From a virus, in IMG/VR virus record IMGVR_UViG_3300004481_000271, positions 1 to 64,000 of that record: a stretch of 64,000 nt of DNA, one strand, 5' to 3'. Both the position numbers and the translations under genes were made by a program. Each line of letters starts with the position of its first letter. The stretch's first letter is position 1. The notes under the pieces are model-generated. The model was not told the DNA's origin. It made no database searches and worked only from the letters and a program-made list of their open reading frames with translations. Of this stretch, positions 16,049 to 25,184 are shown piece after piece.

Positions 16049-16457
16049 GAGCCTCTCGATGATGCTCGGAGCATAACCAGCGGACCGCGAGCGGACTCGA
16101 ATAGTCGTCGTGGTGAGCCTCTGCCGGTTCAGCCCCGCAAACCTCACACGGGCACCGTTCGAGCCTCCCATCTCGGAGCGCGTTCCCGACCGCCGTTCTT
16201 GCTCTGTAGCGTTCCGGCTCCCGCGACCTGTAGCGGAGTTGCGCCTCCCGTTGCCGCGCTTTCCATCCGGGAGTCTTCGATCGGTCTCGGTCGTAGGCGC
16301 GAATTCGCTCGAGGTTCGCAAGCCTATTCCGACGCGCATCCACGCGACAGCAAGCCTTGCATTTTCCGAGGTGTCCGTCCGCCGTCTCGGGGTGTTGATA
16401 GAAGTCCGTCAAGGGTCGAAGCTCCCCACACCGAAAGCACCGCTTCTCGCTCTCCAT
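16032..16457 (-). CDS. HNH/His-Cys endonuclease-like protein
   Basis: CFRC...FY...CKAC; CEVC...AHHDDYS.PL.VRWLC..HH. Confidence 0.75.
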   Translation of the reverse strand: MESEKRCFRCGELRPLTDFYQHPETADGHLGKCKACCRVDARRNRLANLERIRAYDRDRSKTPGWKARQREAQLRYRSREPERYRARTAVGNALRDGRLERCPCEVCGAEPAEAHHDDYSSPLAVRWLCSEHHREAHANET

Positions 16458-16498
16458 GCAAAGAGCTTGGCGCGTTCGCTACGGTGACGCAATCCCTT

Positions 16499-17227
16499 TC
16501 AGAAAGGAATGTCGTCGTCGTCGACGACCCCCTCGAGGTCGTCCTGGGCAGTCGCGGCCGGAGGCTCGTTTCCTCCACCCGAGACCATCGCCTTGATCTC
16601 GTCCATCGAAGGAACCTTCGCGAGGTGCCGGAGGTCCGGTTGCATCTGCACCCATTCGAGATTGCCGAGCGGAGAGCTCTTCCTCGCCGGCCGGACGGTG
16701 TAACGGGTGTCGGTCTTCCCGGTCCCGGACCGCTCGATGATGATGTCGAAGCCGTTCTCGGGGTTCGTGAAGTCGCCCCCGGCGTCCTCGTCGCGGCGGA
16801 TCGCGACGAGGGCTTCATGGATCATCTTCCCGAAGCCGAGGATCTTCGGACCGGAATCCTCCTCGGCCCTGTCGATGACGCACGAGAAAACCCGCCGACT
16901 CGCCCAGAAGTCGCGGGCGGCGTCGGCGTCCTTCGGGTTCCCGGTCGACTTGAGCTTCTCCCCCTTCGCACAGGCGGGACAAGGTCGCTTCGCCATGAGG
17001 CGCGGGCAGTTGAAGATCACCGGGTCGGGGAGACCCGGGAGGTTCAGGAAGTGCTGAAAGACGGTGACGAAGGGCGTCGCGCGACCCATCGGCGGCGGGA
17101 GGAACCGGACGACGTTCCGCCCGACCTCGAGCTTCATGTAGGTCCCTCCCCCTCGAGAGAGGTCCTCGTGTTCCTCGTCCGCGGCGTCGAGCTCGTAACT
17201 CCCGTAAGGTACGATGTTTCCAGCCAT
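16499..17227 (-). CDS. Single-stranded DNA-binding protein, T4 gp32-like
   Basis: VRFLPP, H...C...CPAC zinc ligands, G.DIIIERSGTG..TRY, acidic tail DDDDIPF. Confidence 0.85.
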   Translation of the reverse strand: MAGNIVPYGSYELDAADEEHEDLSRGGGTYMKLEVGRNVVRFLPPPMGRATPFVTVFQHFLNLPGLPDPVIFNCPRLMAKRPCPACAKGEKLKSTGNPKDADAARDFWASRRVFSCVIDRAEEDSGPKILGFGKMIHEALVAIRRDEDAGGDFTNPENGFDIIIERSGTGKTDTRYTVRPARKSSPLGNLEWVQMQPDLRHLAKVPSMDEIKAMVSGGGNEPPAATAQDDLEGVVDDDDIPF

Positions 17228-17334
17228 CTTTTCCTTGCCTTTCTACTCGTCCGGCTTTCCCGGCTTGTCCGCTTGTCCGACCAATAGGCCCCCGGCTTCG
17301 CCCGGCCGGAGGCAGAGGGCGCCCCTAGATCCTA
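17228..17334 (-). promoter_or_regulatory. SSB leader: -10 TAGGAT, putative pseudoknot and purine-rich repeats
   Basis: CGCCC/GGGCG and GCCTCCGGC/GCCGGGGGC interleaved stems; GGACAAGC x2 plus variants before ATG. Confidence 0.45.
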
Positions 17335-17393
17335 CGCTAGCCCGACGATGTCCCCGCGGCCTCGCCGGACCCTCGCCCTCGGCCCGATCTTCC

Positions 17394-17855
17394 CTATCCC
17401 CCGAACTCCATCCCGGTCGCCCCTGCCATCTGGGAACGGAGGACCGGGTCGCCCTGCATCTCGGCTCGGAGCTTCGCCCCGAGGCTCTGGAGCATATCGC
17501 GTTTGCAGAGGACCGCCTCGACGATCCCGCGGAGTCGGACCCGCTCGGCCTCGGCCTCGATCCAGACCGCGTGAGCGTCGGAGACGTCGTCGTCGAGGAG
17601 GACCTTCGCGTTGACCTCGTCGACGGTGAGCTTCGCCTTCGGGTCGAGGCGAGCTTCCTCCCGAGCCTCGAGGAGCTTCCGGGCGGCCTCCGCATCCCAT
17701 TCCGTCTTCGCGATCATGGACTTCTTCGTCGCTTCGGCGAGCTGGGCATTCCAGAAGGCAAGCCTCGGCGCGAGCTCGCAGAACTCCCGGTTGAGGTCGA
17801 CCGGGTCGATCGCGAAGGACTCCTCGGCGAAGATCTCGAGCTCCCCTTGCTTCAT
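17394..17855 (-). CDS. UvsY-like recombination mediator (putative)
   Basis: Helical protein IDPVDLNREF...KLTVDEVNAKV...KRDMLQSLG between polymerase and SSB. Confidence 0.65.
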   Translation of the reverse strand: MKQGELEIFAEESFAIDPVDLNREFCELAPRLAFWNAQLAEATKKSMIAKTEWDAEAARKLLEAREEARLDPKAKLTVDEVNAKVLLDDDVSDAHAVWIEAEAERVRLRGIVEAVLCKRDMLQSLGAKLRAEMQGDPVLRSQMAGATGMEFGG

Positions 17856-17873
17856 CTGTTCCTCCCTCGCCCT

Positions 17874-17884
17874 GTTACTGCTCG
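17874..17884 (-). promoter_or_regulatory. CGAGCAGTAAC motif
   Basis: Exact copy upstream of GGGAGG RBS and ATG 17855. Confidence 0.6.
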
Positions 17885-17889
17885 GTCTG

Positions 17890-20460
17890 CTAGGCGGCGT
17901 TGGCACCCCAGGACTCGAGATCGCCGAGGCTCGGGCCGACCTCGGCGTCGACCTGTAGGCGGACCCCCTTCGAGTCGTGGCTCTGCATGATGTCGATCGC
18001 CCCGAGAACGACCTCCTCGACGGCGTCCTCGCGAACCTCGAAGATGACCGAGTCGTGGACCGTCAAGACGAGCTTCGCAGGAACCGCGTCGGCGAGGAGC
18101 CAGTCGACGATCTCGACGATCGAGGCGAGCATGAAGTCCGACGCGGTTCCCTGTACCGGGGTGTTGATCGAGCTGTTCTCGGCCTTCGAGCGGGCGAGGT
18201 TGTCCTGGGAAGCGATCCCGATGAGCGGGCGGCAGCGGGCCCGCTCGCCGGCCCACCATGTCCAGGCGACCCCGGTTCGACGGGTCTCCTTCATCCGAGC
18301 GGCCATCCACTCGGCGAGGACCGACCACTTCCCCATGATCGCCTTGCGAAGGCGAGCGGCGTCGGCAACGGAGCATCCGAGCCGCTTCGCGAGCCCGCCG
18401 TCCGTCATCCCGTAGAGGAGCCCGAAGTTGAAAGCCTTCGCAGCCGACCGGTGCTTCGAGGTGACCGCCTCCGCCTTGATCCCCCAGTAGATCGGCGCGA
18501 TGAGCTTCGCGGTCGCGGTGTGGAAGTCCTCGCCCGACGCAAACATCGCGAGCATGACAGGGTCCCCCGAGAGGAAGGCGGCGACACGTAGCTCGATCTG
18601 GGAGTAGTCCAGCGAGGCGATCCGGTAGCCCGGCGGCGCGATGAAAGCCCGCTTGATCATCTTCCCTTCCTCCGTCTGGCCCCGCGGTAGGGTCTGCAAC
18701 GGAGGGTTGACGCAGGAGAGCCGGCCGGTCCGCGTCCCGTCGATCTTGAGCTCCGGATGAATCCGGCCGTCCTCTCGAATCCAAGCGGCGAGACTGAGCC
18801 CGTAGCCGGAGCGGAGCTTGTCGAGGCGGCGAAACTCCATGAGATCGGCAACGGCCGGATGAGCATCGCGGAGCTTTGCAAGGACCGCCTTGTTCGTCGA
18901 CGGCTGGCCACCGTCGGTCATCGCGACCGGCGCGAGCCCGAGCTTCCCGAAGAGGAGCTCGGCGACGTCGTCCGGCGAGCTCGGGTTGAAGGTCGCATCG
19001 TAGGCGGTGAGCCGACGGCGGACCTCCTCGCGTTCGAGCGTGCAGTAGGCGTCGAAGTCTTCCATCGCCCGACGGTCCGCGGCGATCCCCCAGCGTTCCA
19101 TCATGGCGACGGCGTCGGTCGCCTTCGAGACGATCTGGGTCCAGACCCGGGAGACCGGCCGGCTCGCCTCGACCTGGGGCTCGAGGAGGTCCTCGAGGCG
19201 GGCGGTCGCGACGGCGTCGCGGGCGCAGTAGCGGTCCGAGATCTCCGGCGGGACGAGGGCGTAGGCGAAGCGGAGCGGGTCCTCGTTCGGAAGGAGCTCG
19301 ACGGCGGCCCGGAGAGCGGGGTCGGCGTCCTCGCCGAGGGCCCCGAAGAGGGACCGTTGCTCCGAGTGACGCGCGGCGCGGGCGTCGGCGATCCGCCTCT
19401 TCGCCTTCTCGAGCTCGAGCTCGTTCTCGGCCTTGTGGCCCCCCATCCCGACGAGGTGATCGCAGACGTCGAGGCGGGCGTTCACGTCGGCCTCGAGGAG
19501 CCGGCGGCGGAGACGGGTGTCGCCCCGACTCCCCTTGACTTCGACCCCCCAGGCGGCGAAGACGGCGAGGTTGTCGCCCTTCAAGTTGTGGCCGACCTTT
19601 CCGACCTTCGGGTCGGCGAGGAGCTCCTCGAGCGGACGGCGGACGACCGGGTCGCGGAGCGCGGTTCTCGGCCAGACCCAGGACTCGTCGAGTCCGGACG
19701 GGACGGCCGCGAGAACGGAGATCTCGAAGTAGGACGAGAAGGGGAGCCCAGCCCATTCGACATCATAGGCGAACCATGGCGCCTCGAGGCGGAGCTCCTC
19801 GACGGCCTCGAGGGAGTCCTCGAGGGTCTCGACGACGTGAAGCTCCGCCTCCCAGGGCGGCGGCGGCGGGTCGTCGGCGGTGAGAGCCCAGGCGAGATCC
19901 TCGTCGAGCCAGCGGGCGACGTGCCGGTTCCTGGCGGCGGCGGCGGGGTGAGGAACGAAGAAGACGGGGACGGCCCGGTCGGTTCCGGGAACGTGTGCCC
20001 ACCCGTAGCCCCGACGAACGGAGAAGATCGGGACCGAGTGACCGAGAAGGGCGAAGATCGCGTCCCCCCCGAGGGCGACGATCCTCTTCGGCTCCGCCTC
20101 CCGGAGGGTCCGCCGAAGGTAGGGGCGGCAGGCGGCGACCTCCTTCGGGGTCTGCCCCCGCTTCCCCGGAAAGCATCTGGTCGCGTTCTCGAAGACGACG
20201 GGCCCCGAGTAGAGCTCCCCGACCGCCTCGCGAAAGCGAATCGAGGTCCGGCCGACGAAGACCCGCCGGCGGAGGTCCTCGTCCTTTCCCGGGTGTTGGC
20301 CGACGAAGAGAACCCCGCCAGGGCTCCCGTCGGCGGGGAGGCATGGGTTGCGCGCCGTCTCGTGCAGCTTGCAGAGCCGACACTCGGGGTTGACCGCGAG
20401 CTCGGAGCCGACGCTCGCCGGAGATCTCGAAACGGACGGGTAGAGCGGAAGGTGACGCAT
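17890..20460 (-). CDS. polA: Family A DNA polymerase with N-terminal family-4 uracil-DNA-glycosylase-like domain (SPO1-like architecture)
   Basis: CRLC...VGQHPG...C...C...HPA; exonuclease DVE, HNLKGD, YCARD; DYSQIELR, RSAAKAFNFGLLYG, VHDS. Confidence 0.95.
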   Translation of the reverse strand: MRHLPLYPSVSRSPASVGSELAVNPECRLCKLHETARNPCLPADGSPGGVLFVGQHPGKDEDLRRRVFVGRTSIRFREAVGELYSGPVVFENATRCFPGKRGQTPKEVAACRPYLRRTLREAEPKRIVALGGDAIFALLGHSVPIFSVRRGYGWAHVPGTDRAVPVFFVPHPAAAARNRHVARWLDEDLAWALTADDPPPPPWEAELHVVETLEDSLEAVEELRLEAPWFAYDVEWAGLPFSSYFEISVLAAVPSGLDESWVWPRTALRDPVVRRPLEELLADPKVGKVGHNLKGDNLAVFAAWGVEVKGSRGDTRLRRRLLEADVNARLDVCDHLVGMGGHKAENELELEKAKRRIADARAARHSEQRSLFGALGEDADPALRAAVELLPNEDPLRFAYALVPPEISDRYCARDAVATARLEDLLEPQVEASRPVSRVWTQIVSKATDAVAMMERWGIAADRRAMEDFDAYCTLEREEVRRRLTAYDATFNPSSPDDVAELLFGKLGLAPVAMTDGGQPSTNKAVLAKLRDAHPAVADLMEFRRLDKLRSGYGLSLAAWIREDGRIHPELKIDGTRTGRLSCVNPPLQTLPRGQTEEGKMIKRAFIAPPGYRIASLDYSQIELRVAAFLSGDPVMLAMFASGEDFHTATAKLIAPIYWGIKAEAVTSKHRSAAKAFNFGLLYGMTDGGLAKRLGCSVADAARLRKAIMGKWSVLAEWMAARMKETRRTGVAWTWWAGERARCRPLIGIASQDNLARSKAENSSINTPVQGTASDFMLASIVEIVDWLLADAVPAKLVLTVHDSVIFEVREDAVEEVVLGAIDIMQSHDSKGVRLQVDAEVGPSLGDLESWGANAA

Positions 20461-20468
20461 TGGCGGGG

Positions 20469-21272
20469 TCAGCCCGCCATTCCGAGGACCTCGAGGGCCC
20501 GACGGACGCGGTCCTCGACGTTCTTGATCCGGGCAAGGACCTTGACCTTCGGGGCGACCTCGACGCAGCGGGCGACGATCTGGTCTGGGTCGGTGATCCC
20601 CTGGTCGAAGAAGTAGGAGACGACGTCGCGGAGCTTCTTCGCGTCTGTGAGCTCCTCTGGAAGCCCGTTCCCTCCGACCGACCCTCCGGCCTTCGGCGAC
20701 GGCTTCGGGGCGTCCTGGGGCGGCAGAGCGGCCTCGGCGGGCGGCTCCTCGGCGGGCGGCTCCTCGGTCGCCTCGGGGTCGGTCGCGAGGTCAAGGTCGT
20801 CCTGTACGTTTCCCTTCTTCGCCCCCCGCTTCTTCGCCGGCCCCTTCACGTCCTCCGCCTTCGGCTTCTCCGGCTCCGACTCGGGACAGGCGGCCGGCTC
20901 CGGGGAGGCGGCCGGCTTCTCGAGGGCCCTCGAGACCGCCGGCTCGACGGTCGAGGTCGCCCTCGGCGGCGCCGACTCGGCGGCCGGCTTGCCGACGACC
21001 CGCGTTGGCTCCCCGTGGCGCGGCCCCCCGACTCGGACCCGCTCGCCCCCGGCGTTCGCGGCGGCGGCGACGACGATCTCGTCCTGGCCGTCCCCGATCC
21101 CCTCGGCGACAACCTCCTTCCCTCGACCGACCTCCCGAAGGAGGAGGACGGCCTTGTCGGCGTCGAGGTCGCCGATCGTGAGCTCCCGGGCGGCGCCGTC
21201 GTAGCGGAAGGGGCGGACGCTCGCCCCGACCTCGGCGGTCCCCTCGAAGCTCGTTACGCTCTGAATCGTCAT
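20469..21272 (-). CDS. Hypothetical protein with Pro/Ala/Glu/Lys-rich linker
   Basis: RBS and middle motif upstream; genome-typical codons. Confidence 0.7.
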   Translation of the reverse strand: MTIQSVTSFEGTAEVGASVRPFRYDGAARELTIGDLDADKAVLLLREVGRGKEVVAEGIGDGQDEIVVAAAANAGGERVRVGGPRHGEPTRVVGKPAAESAPPRATSTVEPAVSRALEKPAASPEPAACPESEPEKPKAEDVKGPAKKRGAKKGNVQDDLDLATDPEATEEPPAEEPPAEAALPPQDAPKPSPKAGGSVGGNGLPEELTDAKKLRDVVSYFFDQGITDPDQIVARCVEVAPKVKVLARIKNVEDRVRRALEVLGMAG

Positions 21273-21276
21273 AGGA

Positions 21277-22212
21277 TCAACCCTCCTCGCCCCCTGTTAC
21301 TGCTCGGCGCCCCGCCGACCGTCGGACCGCCTCGGCGAGGCGGGCGGGGTTGACGTCCCCAGGGTCCCGCTTCGGCGGGAGCTTGACCCAGGTCGCTCGA
21401 GCCCCGTCGAGCTCGAGGCGGGCGGCGAGCATCTCGGCCTCGAGCCAGGCGTCGCCGTCGAGGGCGACGACGATCGGACGGACCGCGGAGAGGAGGGCGG
21501 CGATCTGCCCCTCCGACGGCTTCCCGAGGAGGGCGACGACGTCCGGCCAGTAGGGGAGGGCGTCGAAGATCCCCTCGACGACGAGGAGCGGGTCCTCGGT
21601 CTCGACCGCCAGGGCGGCGGCGTTGAAGACGTGCGACTCGCGATCCATCCCGGTCGCCGAGAGGTAGCGGACCGCCGTCGACCGTCGATCCCAGACCCGA
21701 GCTTGCCAGCCGAGCCAGGTCCGGCCGTCGAGGTCGAGGACTGGAACGACGACCCTCCCCGCGGCGCGACCGCGGAGGCAGGCGCCGATCCGAGCTTCCT
21801 CGATCGTCTGGGCGGCGACCCCTCGCCGGCGGAGGTAGCCTCGGGCCGGCTCGAGCATGATGGAGCTCGAGCCAGGCTCCGCCCATAGCGGGGTGAAGTC
21901 CTCCGGCGGACCGAGCTCGGGATCTTGAGGAGGGTCGTCCCGGCGCCGTCGGCGCCCCCCTGGGAGCGGCGGCGCGATCTCGGCCTCGGCGCGGCCGACG
22001 TCGATCCGACCTCGAGCGGCGCAGCGGAAGCAATGGAAGTACCCCGTCCGGTCGTCGACGCCGAGGGCGCCCCGCCGGTCCGGCGAGCCCGTCCTCCCGG
22101 CGCAGAGCGGGCAGACCGCCCGGCCCCACCCCGTCGCCCCGAAGCGGTCGATCTCTTGAGCGGCCCGACGAACGAGCTCGAGCTCGACGCTAGAAGAGAT
22201 CCAGTGACCCAT
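21277..22212 (-). CDS. DNA primase (Zn finger + TOPRIM)
   Basis: CPLC...HCFRC; VVEGIFDAL; ALDGDA; KRDPGD. Confidence 0.9.
   Translation of the reverse strand: MGHWISSSVELELVRRAAQEIDRFGATGWGRAVCPLCAGRTGSPDRRGALGVDDRTGYFHCFRCAARGRIDVGRAEAEIAPPLPGGRRRRRDDPPQDPELGPPEDFTPLWAEPGSSSIMLEPARGYLRRRGVAAQTIEEARIGACLRGRAAGRVVVPVLDLDGRTWLGWQARVWDRRSTAVRYLSATGMDRESHVFNAAALAVETEDPLLVVEGIFDALPYWPDVVALLGKPSEGQIAALLSAVRPIVVALDGDAWLEAEMLAARLELDGARATWVKLPPKRDPGDVNPARLAEAVRRSAGRRAVTGGEEG
21296..21306 (-). promoter_or_regulatory. CGAGCAGTAAC motif
   Basis: Exact copy upstream of ATG 21272. Confidence 0.6.
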
Positions 22213-23509
22213 CGGCGGGCGCCTCCGAGAGCGGCGCGATCCTCGCGCACTCGAGCTCGGTCGGGAGGGTCACGAGACCGCCCCGCTTCCCGCCGCGGTT
22301 CTTCGCGACCCGATACTCGATCTCCGACCCGTCCTCCGCCATGGAGAGCACGATCCAGAGGTCCGAGACGCGGATCTTGTGCTGGGAGTCGGCGGCATCG
22401 TCGGCCCCTTGCTTCTCCTTCGGCTTCGACTTCCGGCGGGATTGCGACGCGGTCCAGACCCAGCCCGACCGCTTCACCGCGAACTCCTCGCGAAGCCCGG
22501 AGTAGACCTCGCGCATCCCCTCATAGTCCCGCGTCTTCGAGTGCCCGAGGAGGTCGGCGTAATCGACGACGAGGACGTCGACGCCCCAGCCCTCGCGTTG
22601 CTCGAGGGCGTCGACCCAGGTCATCAGCTCCTCGACCGTTGTCGCCTCCGGGGCGAACTGCCCGACGACGCAATTCCCGAGCGGCGGGAGCTCGGCGAGC
22701 CGACGCTCGACCTCGCTGTCCATGGTTCCATCGGCGATCCCGTCGATCGGAATCCCGGTCACGTTCGCGGTGAGCCTCGAGAGCCATTGCTCCTCGTTGA
22801 GCTCGAGAGTCGCGACGGCGACGTTCCGCGAGCCGAGAAGCGCCGAGGCGGAGACGTGGCAAAGGAACATCGACTTTCCGTCCCCCGCCCCTCCCATGGC
22901 GACGGAGAGCGTCCCGAGCGGCGGCCCTCCGGCGAGCTCGGTGTCGAGCTCGACGATCCCGGTCGAGAGCTTCTCCGTCTTCCGGAGGCGGCGGATCGCG
23001 GCGAGGGCCTCGGCGCCGAACTTCGTCCCGGCGACGACCTGGGTCGCGCCGAGGCGGGCGGTCGCTTGAAGGTGCGCGATGACCTCTGTCAGGTCGTCCC
23101 GGGTCGCGACCTTCTTCATCGCGAGGCGGACCGCCTCGCGGTTCCGTCGCTCCCGAATGACCGGGAGGAGCTCCTCGACGACGGCGTCGGCGTCGGGAGC
23201 GTCCTCGAGGTCCTCGAGCTCCCCGACGAGATCGTCGACGGCGAGGACGGACTCGTGAGTGACCCTCCCCTCGTGCTGCCAGCGTTGAACCCTCTGGACG
23301 ACAAGGGTCCCGGAGCCCGCCCCCTTTCCGGTCTCGCGACCGATCGCAGAGGCGGCGAGGGCGACGAGCTTCCGCTCCTCCGTCGAGAAGGCGTCCGGCT
23401 CGACCGCCTCCCCGACCCTCGCCCAGAAGCGGGGCTCGAGGATGAGGTGACGGAGGACGCTCCGCTCGAAGGCGTCGGCGAACCGATACGGGTCCCGCTT
23501 GTCTCCCAT
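22190..23509 (-). CDS. dnaB: DnaB/gp41-like replicative helicase
   Basis: GGAGDGKS, TLEL, VVDYADLL, WTASQ, AKNRGG. Confidence 0.9.
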   Translation of the reverse strand: MGDKRDPYRFADAFERSVLRHLILEPRFWARVGEAVEPDAFSTEERKLVALAASAIGRETGKGAGSGTLVVQRVQRWQHEGRVTHESVLAVDDLVGELEDLEDAPDADAVVEELLPVIRERRNREAVRLAMKKVATRDDLTEVIAHLQATARLGATQVVAGTKFGAEALAAIRRLRKTEKLSTGIVELDTELAGGPPLGTLSVAMGGAGDGKSMFLCHVSASALLGSRNVAVATLELNEEQWLSRLTANVTGIPIDGIADGTMDSEVERRLAELPPLGNCVVGQFAPEATTVEELMTWVDALEQREGWGVDVLVVDYADLLGHSKTRDYEGMREVYSGLREEFAVKRSGWVWTASQSRRKSKPKEKQGADDAADSQHKIRVSDLWIVLSMAEDGSEIEYRVAKNRGGKRGGLVTLPTELECARIAPLSEAPADGSLDLF

Positions 23510-23531
23510 CTCCCGCTCCTCCCGTCCTCTC

Positions 23532-23542
23532 GTTATTGCTCG
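23532..23542 (-). promoter_or_regulatory. CGAGCAATAAC variant motif
   Basis: One mismatch; overlaps initiator stop codon, upstream of helicase ATG. Confidence 0.55.
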
Positions 23543-24954
23543 TCTCGCCAGACGAAGGAACCGAGATCGGCGAGCTCGGCGAGACGGGTCGACTCCGCGG
23601 TCGTCCTCCGGTGGACCTCGACGAGGATCTCCGCGGCGTTGTCCGCGCCCCTCGGGAAGATCTCGCGGACCGCCTCGAGGACCTCCTCGTCGGTGACTCG
23701 GCCGAGCTTCGAGACGACGAGCCGGTCGACGGCCCGCTCGAGGGCCTGGACCTTCTGGGCGTAGGCGCGTCCAACCGGGTCGAAGGTGACACGACCCCCG
23801 AGGCGGGGACCGCCGAGGCGGAAGAAGCGCCGGATCTTCCCGTCGCGGACTCGACGCGATGAGCAGACCCCGGCGATCTGGACCTTCGTCCCCGGGTGTC
23901 GGTCGCGCCAGCCCTCGAGCTCCCAGAGGAGCCACTCGGCCGGACGGACGTCCTTCTCGCCGCAAGCTCGCCACCACTCGAGGACCGGGTCGACGAGCTT
24001 CGACTTCCCCCGACTCGAGGCGACTCCGTTCATCCGAAGGTCCCGCTCGCCGAAGACGACCTCGGTCGTCTCGCGGAAGAGGCGGGCGACGAGGTCGAGG
24101 ACGGTCTCCGCGGCGACGGCCTTCGCCTCGGGAGGGAAGGGGGACCGGACGGCAAGCTCGGCCCGCCGACCGTCCTCGAGGTGAAGCCCCGGGACTCCGG
24201 GGAGGCGAAGGAGCTCGGCAACCCCTCGAGGAGGACGTCCGCCCCAGGACTCGGCGGAAGCGTCGCCAAGGTCGACGAGGAGAGTCGGACGTTCGCCTTC
24301 TTCCGGCAATTCAAGATCCTCGCCCGCGCCCCCGCGCGCGGGCATCTTATCGACCGAGCGAAGCGAGGGAGATAAGATCTGCTTTGGGTCACTTCCCATT
24401 CGGTGAGGTTGCGGTCCCTCTTGATTCGCGATAGCGGTCCCTCTTGATTTCAGCGGCGTATTCAAGAGGGACCGCAACGGATCGCGGGTTCCTCCTCGAC
24501 TTCCGTCGTCTTCTCGCATCCTTGCCTCTGGTAGCGGTCCCGCTTGATTCGGTGTAGCGGTCCCGCTTGATTCTTTCGGTGTTCGCGGAGGACGTCCGCC
24601 CCGAGATCGCCCGGCCCCTCGGCGACGTCCGCCCCAGCCCGAGGTCCCTCGAGCCCATCGCCAGGTCTCCGGCGGGACGTCCGCCGTCTCCGCTGAGAGC
24701 GGTCGGCCGGCGACCGTCCTCGAGGAATCCCAGCGGGAGGCGACGTTGGAGCAGAGCCCGGCGGCGCGGAGGCGGAGGAGGGCCTTCGCGACCTGGCGGT
24801 CGGTGAGCTCGGCGAAGCCGTCTCCGTTCCGACCCATCTCGGAGCGGGTCATCCGGACGACCCCTCGACGGTCCGCGGCGGCGGCGAGCCGTTGCCAGAG
24901 CTCGAAGGCGGAGGACCCGAGGGCCCGGCGGAGCTCGTCGAGGCGGAGCTTCAT
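23533..24954 (-). CDS. Putative replication initiator (N-terminal winged helix, internal iterons)
   Basis: LTDRQVAKALLRLRAAGL helix-turn-helix-like; iterons in central linker; directly upstream of DnaB. Confidence 0.65.
   Translation of the reverse strand: MKLRLDELRRALGSSAFELWQRLAAAADRRGVVRMTRSEMGRNGDGFAELTDRQVAKALLRLRAAGLCSNVASRWDSSRTVAGRPLSAETADVPPETWRWARGTSGWGGRRRGAGRSRGGRPPRTPKESSGTATPNQAGPLPEARMREDDGSRGGTRDPLRSLLNTPLKSRGTAIANQEGPQPHRMGSDPKQILSPSLRSVDKMPARGGAGEDLELPEEGERPTLLVDLGDASAESWGGRPPRGVAELLRLPGVPGLHLEDGRRAELAVRSPFPPEAKAVAAETVLDLVARLFRETTEVVFGERDLRMNGVASSRGKSKLVDPVLEWWRACGEKDVRPAEWLLWELEGWRDRHPGTKVQIAGVCSSRRVRDGKIRRFFRLGGPRLGGRVTFDPVGRAYAQKVQALERAVDRLVVSKLGRVTDEEVLEAVREIFPRGADNAAEILVEVHRRTTAESTRLAELADLGSFVWRDEQ
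24408..24572. repeat. Iteron array, putative replication origin
   Basis: GCGGTCCC(T/G)CTTGATT at 24411, 24434, 24534, 24557; inverted copy 24462-24478. Confidence 0.8.
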
Positions 24955-25184
24955 TCGGCGCCCTCGAGGTCGCGCGCCGTGAGCCAGATCGGCTCGGAGT
25001 CCCTCGAGAAGGCGAAGGTCACGAGGTAGAGGACGGGGTGATTCTCGTAGGGGTCATGGCGAGGTCCTTCTTCCGCCGAGACCTTCTGGACGACCCCGAC
25101 CCCGAGGTCGCCCCTCCCCGGCTTCACCCGAACCGCCTCCCCGACCTCAAAGGGGTTCGCCTTCGTCCCGCGGCGAGGCTTCAC
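24951..25184 (-). CDS. Small SH3/KOW-like barrel protein
   Basis: FEVGEAVRVK...GVVQKV...YLVTF; GTGA/ATGA coupling. Confidence 0.55.
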   Translation of the reverse strand: MKPRRGTKANPFEVGEAVRVKPGRGDLGVGVVQKVSAEEGPRHDPYENHPVLYLVTFAFSRDSEPIWLTARDLEGAE

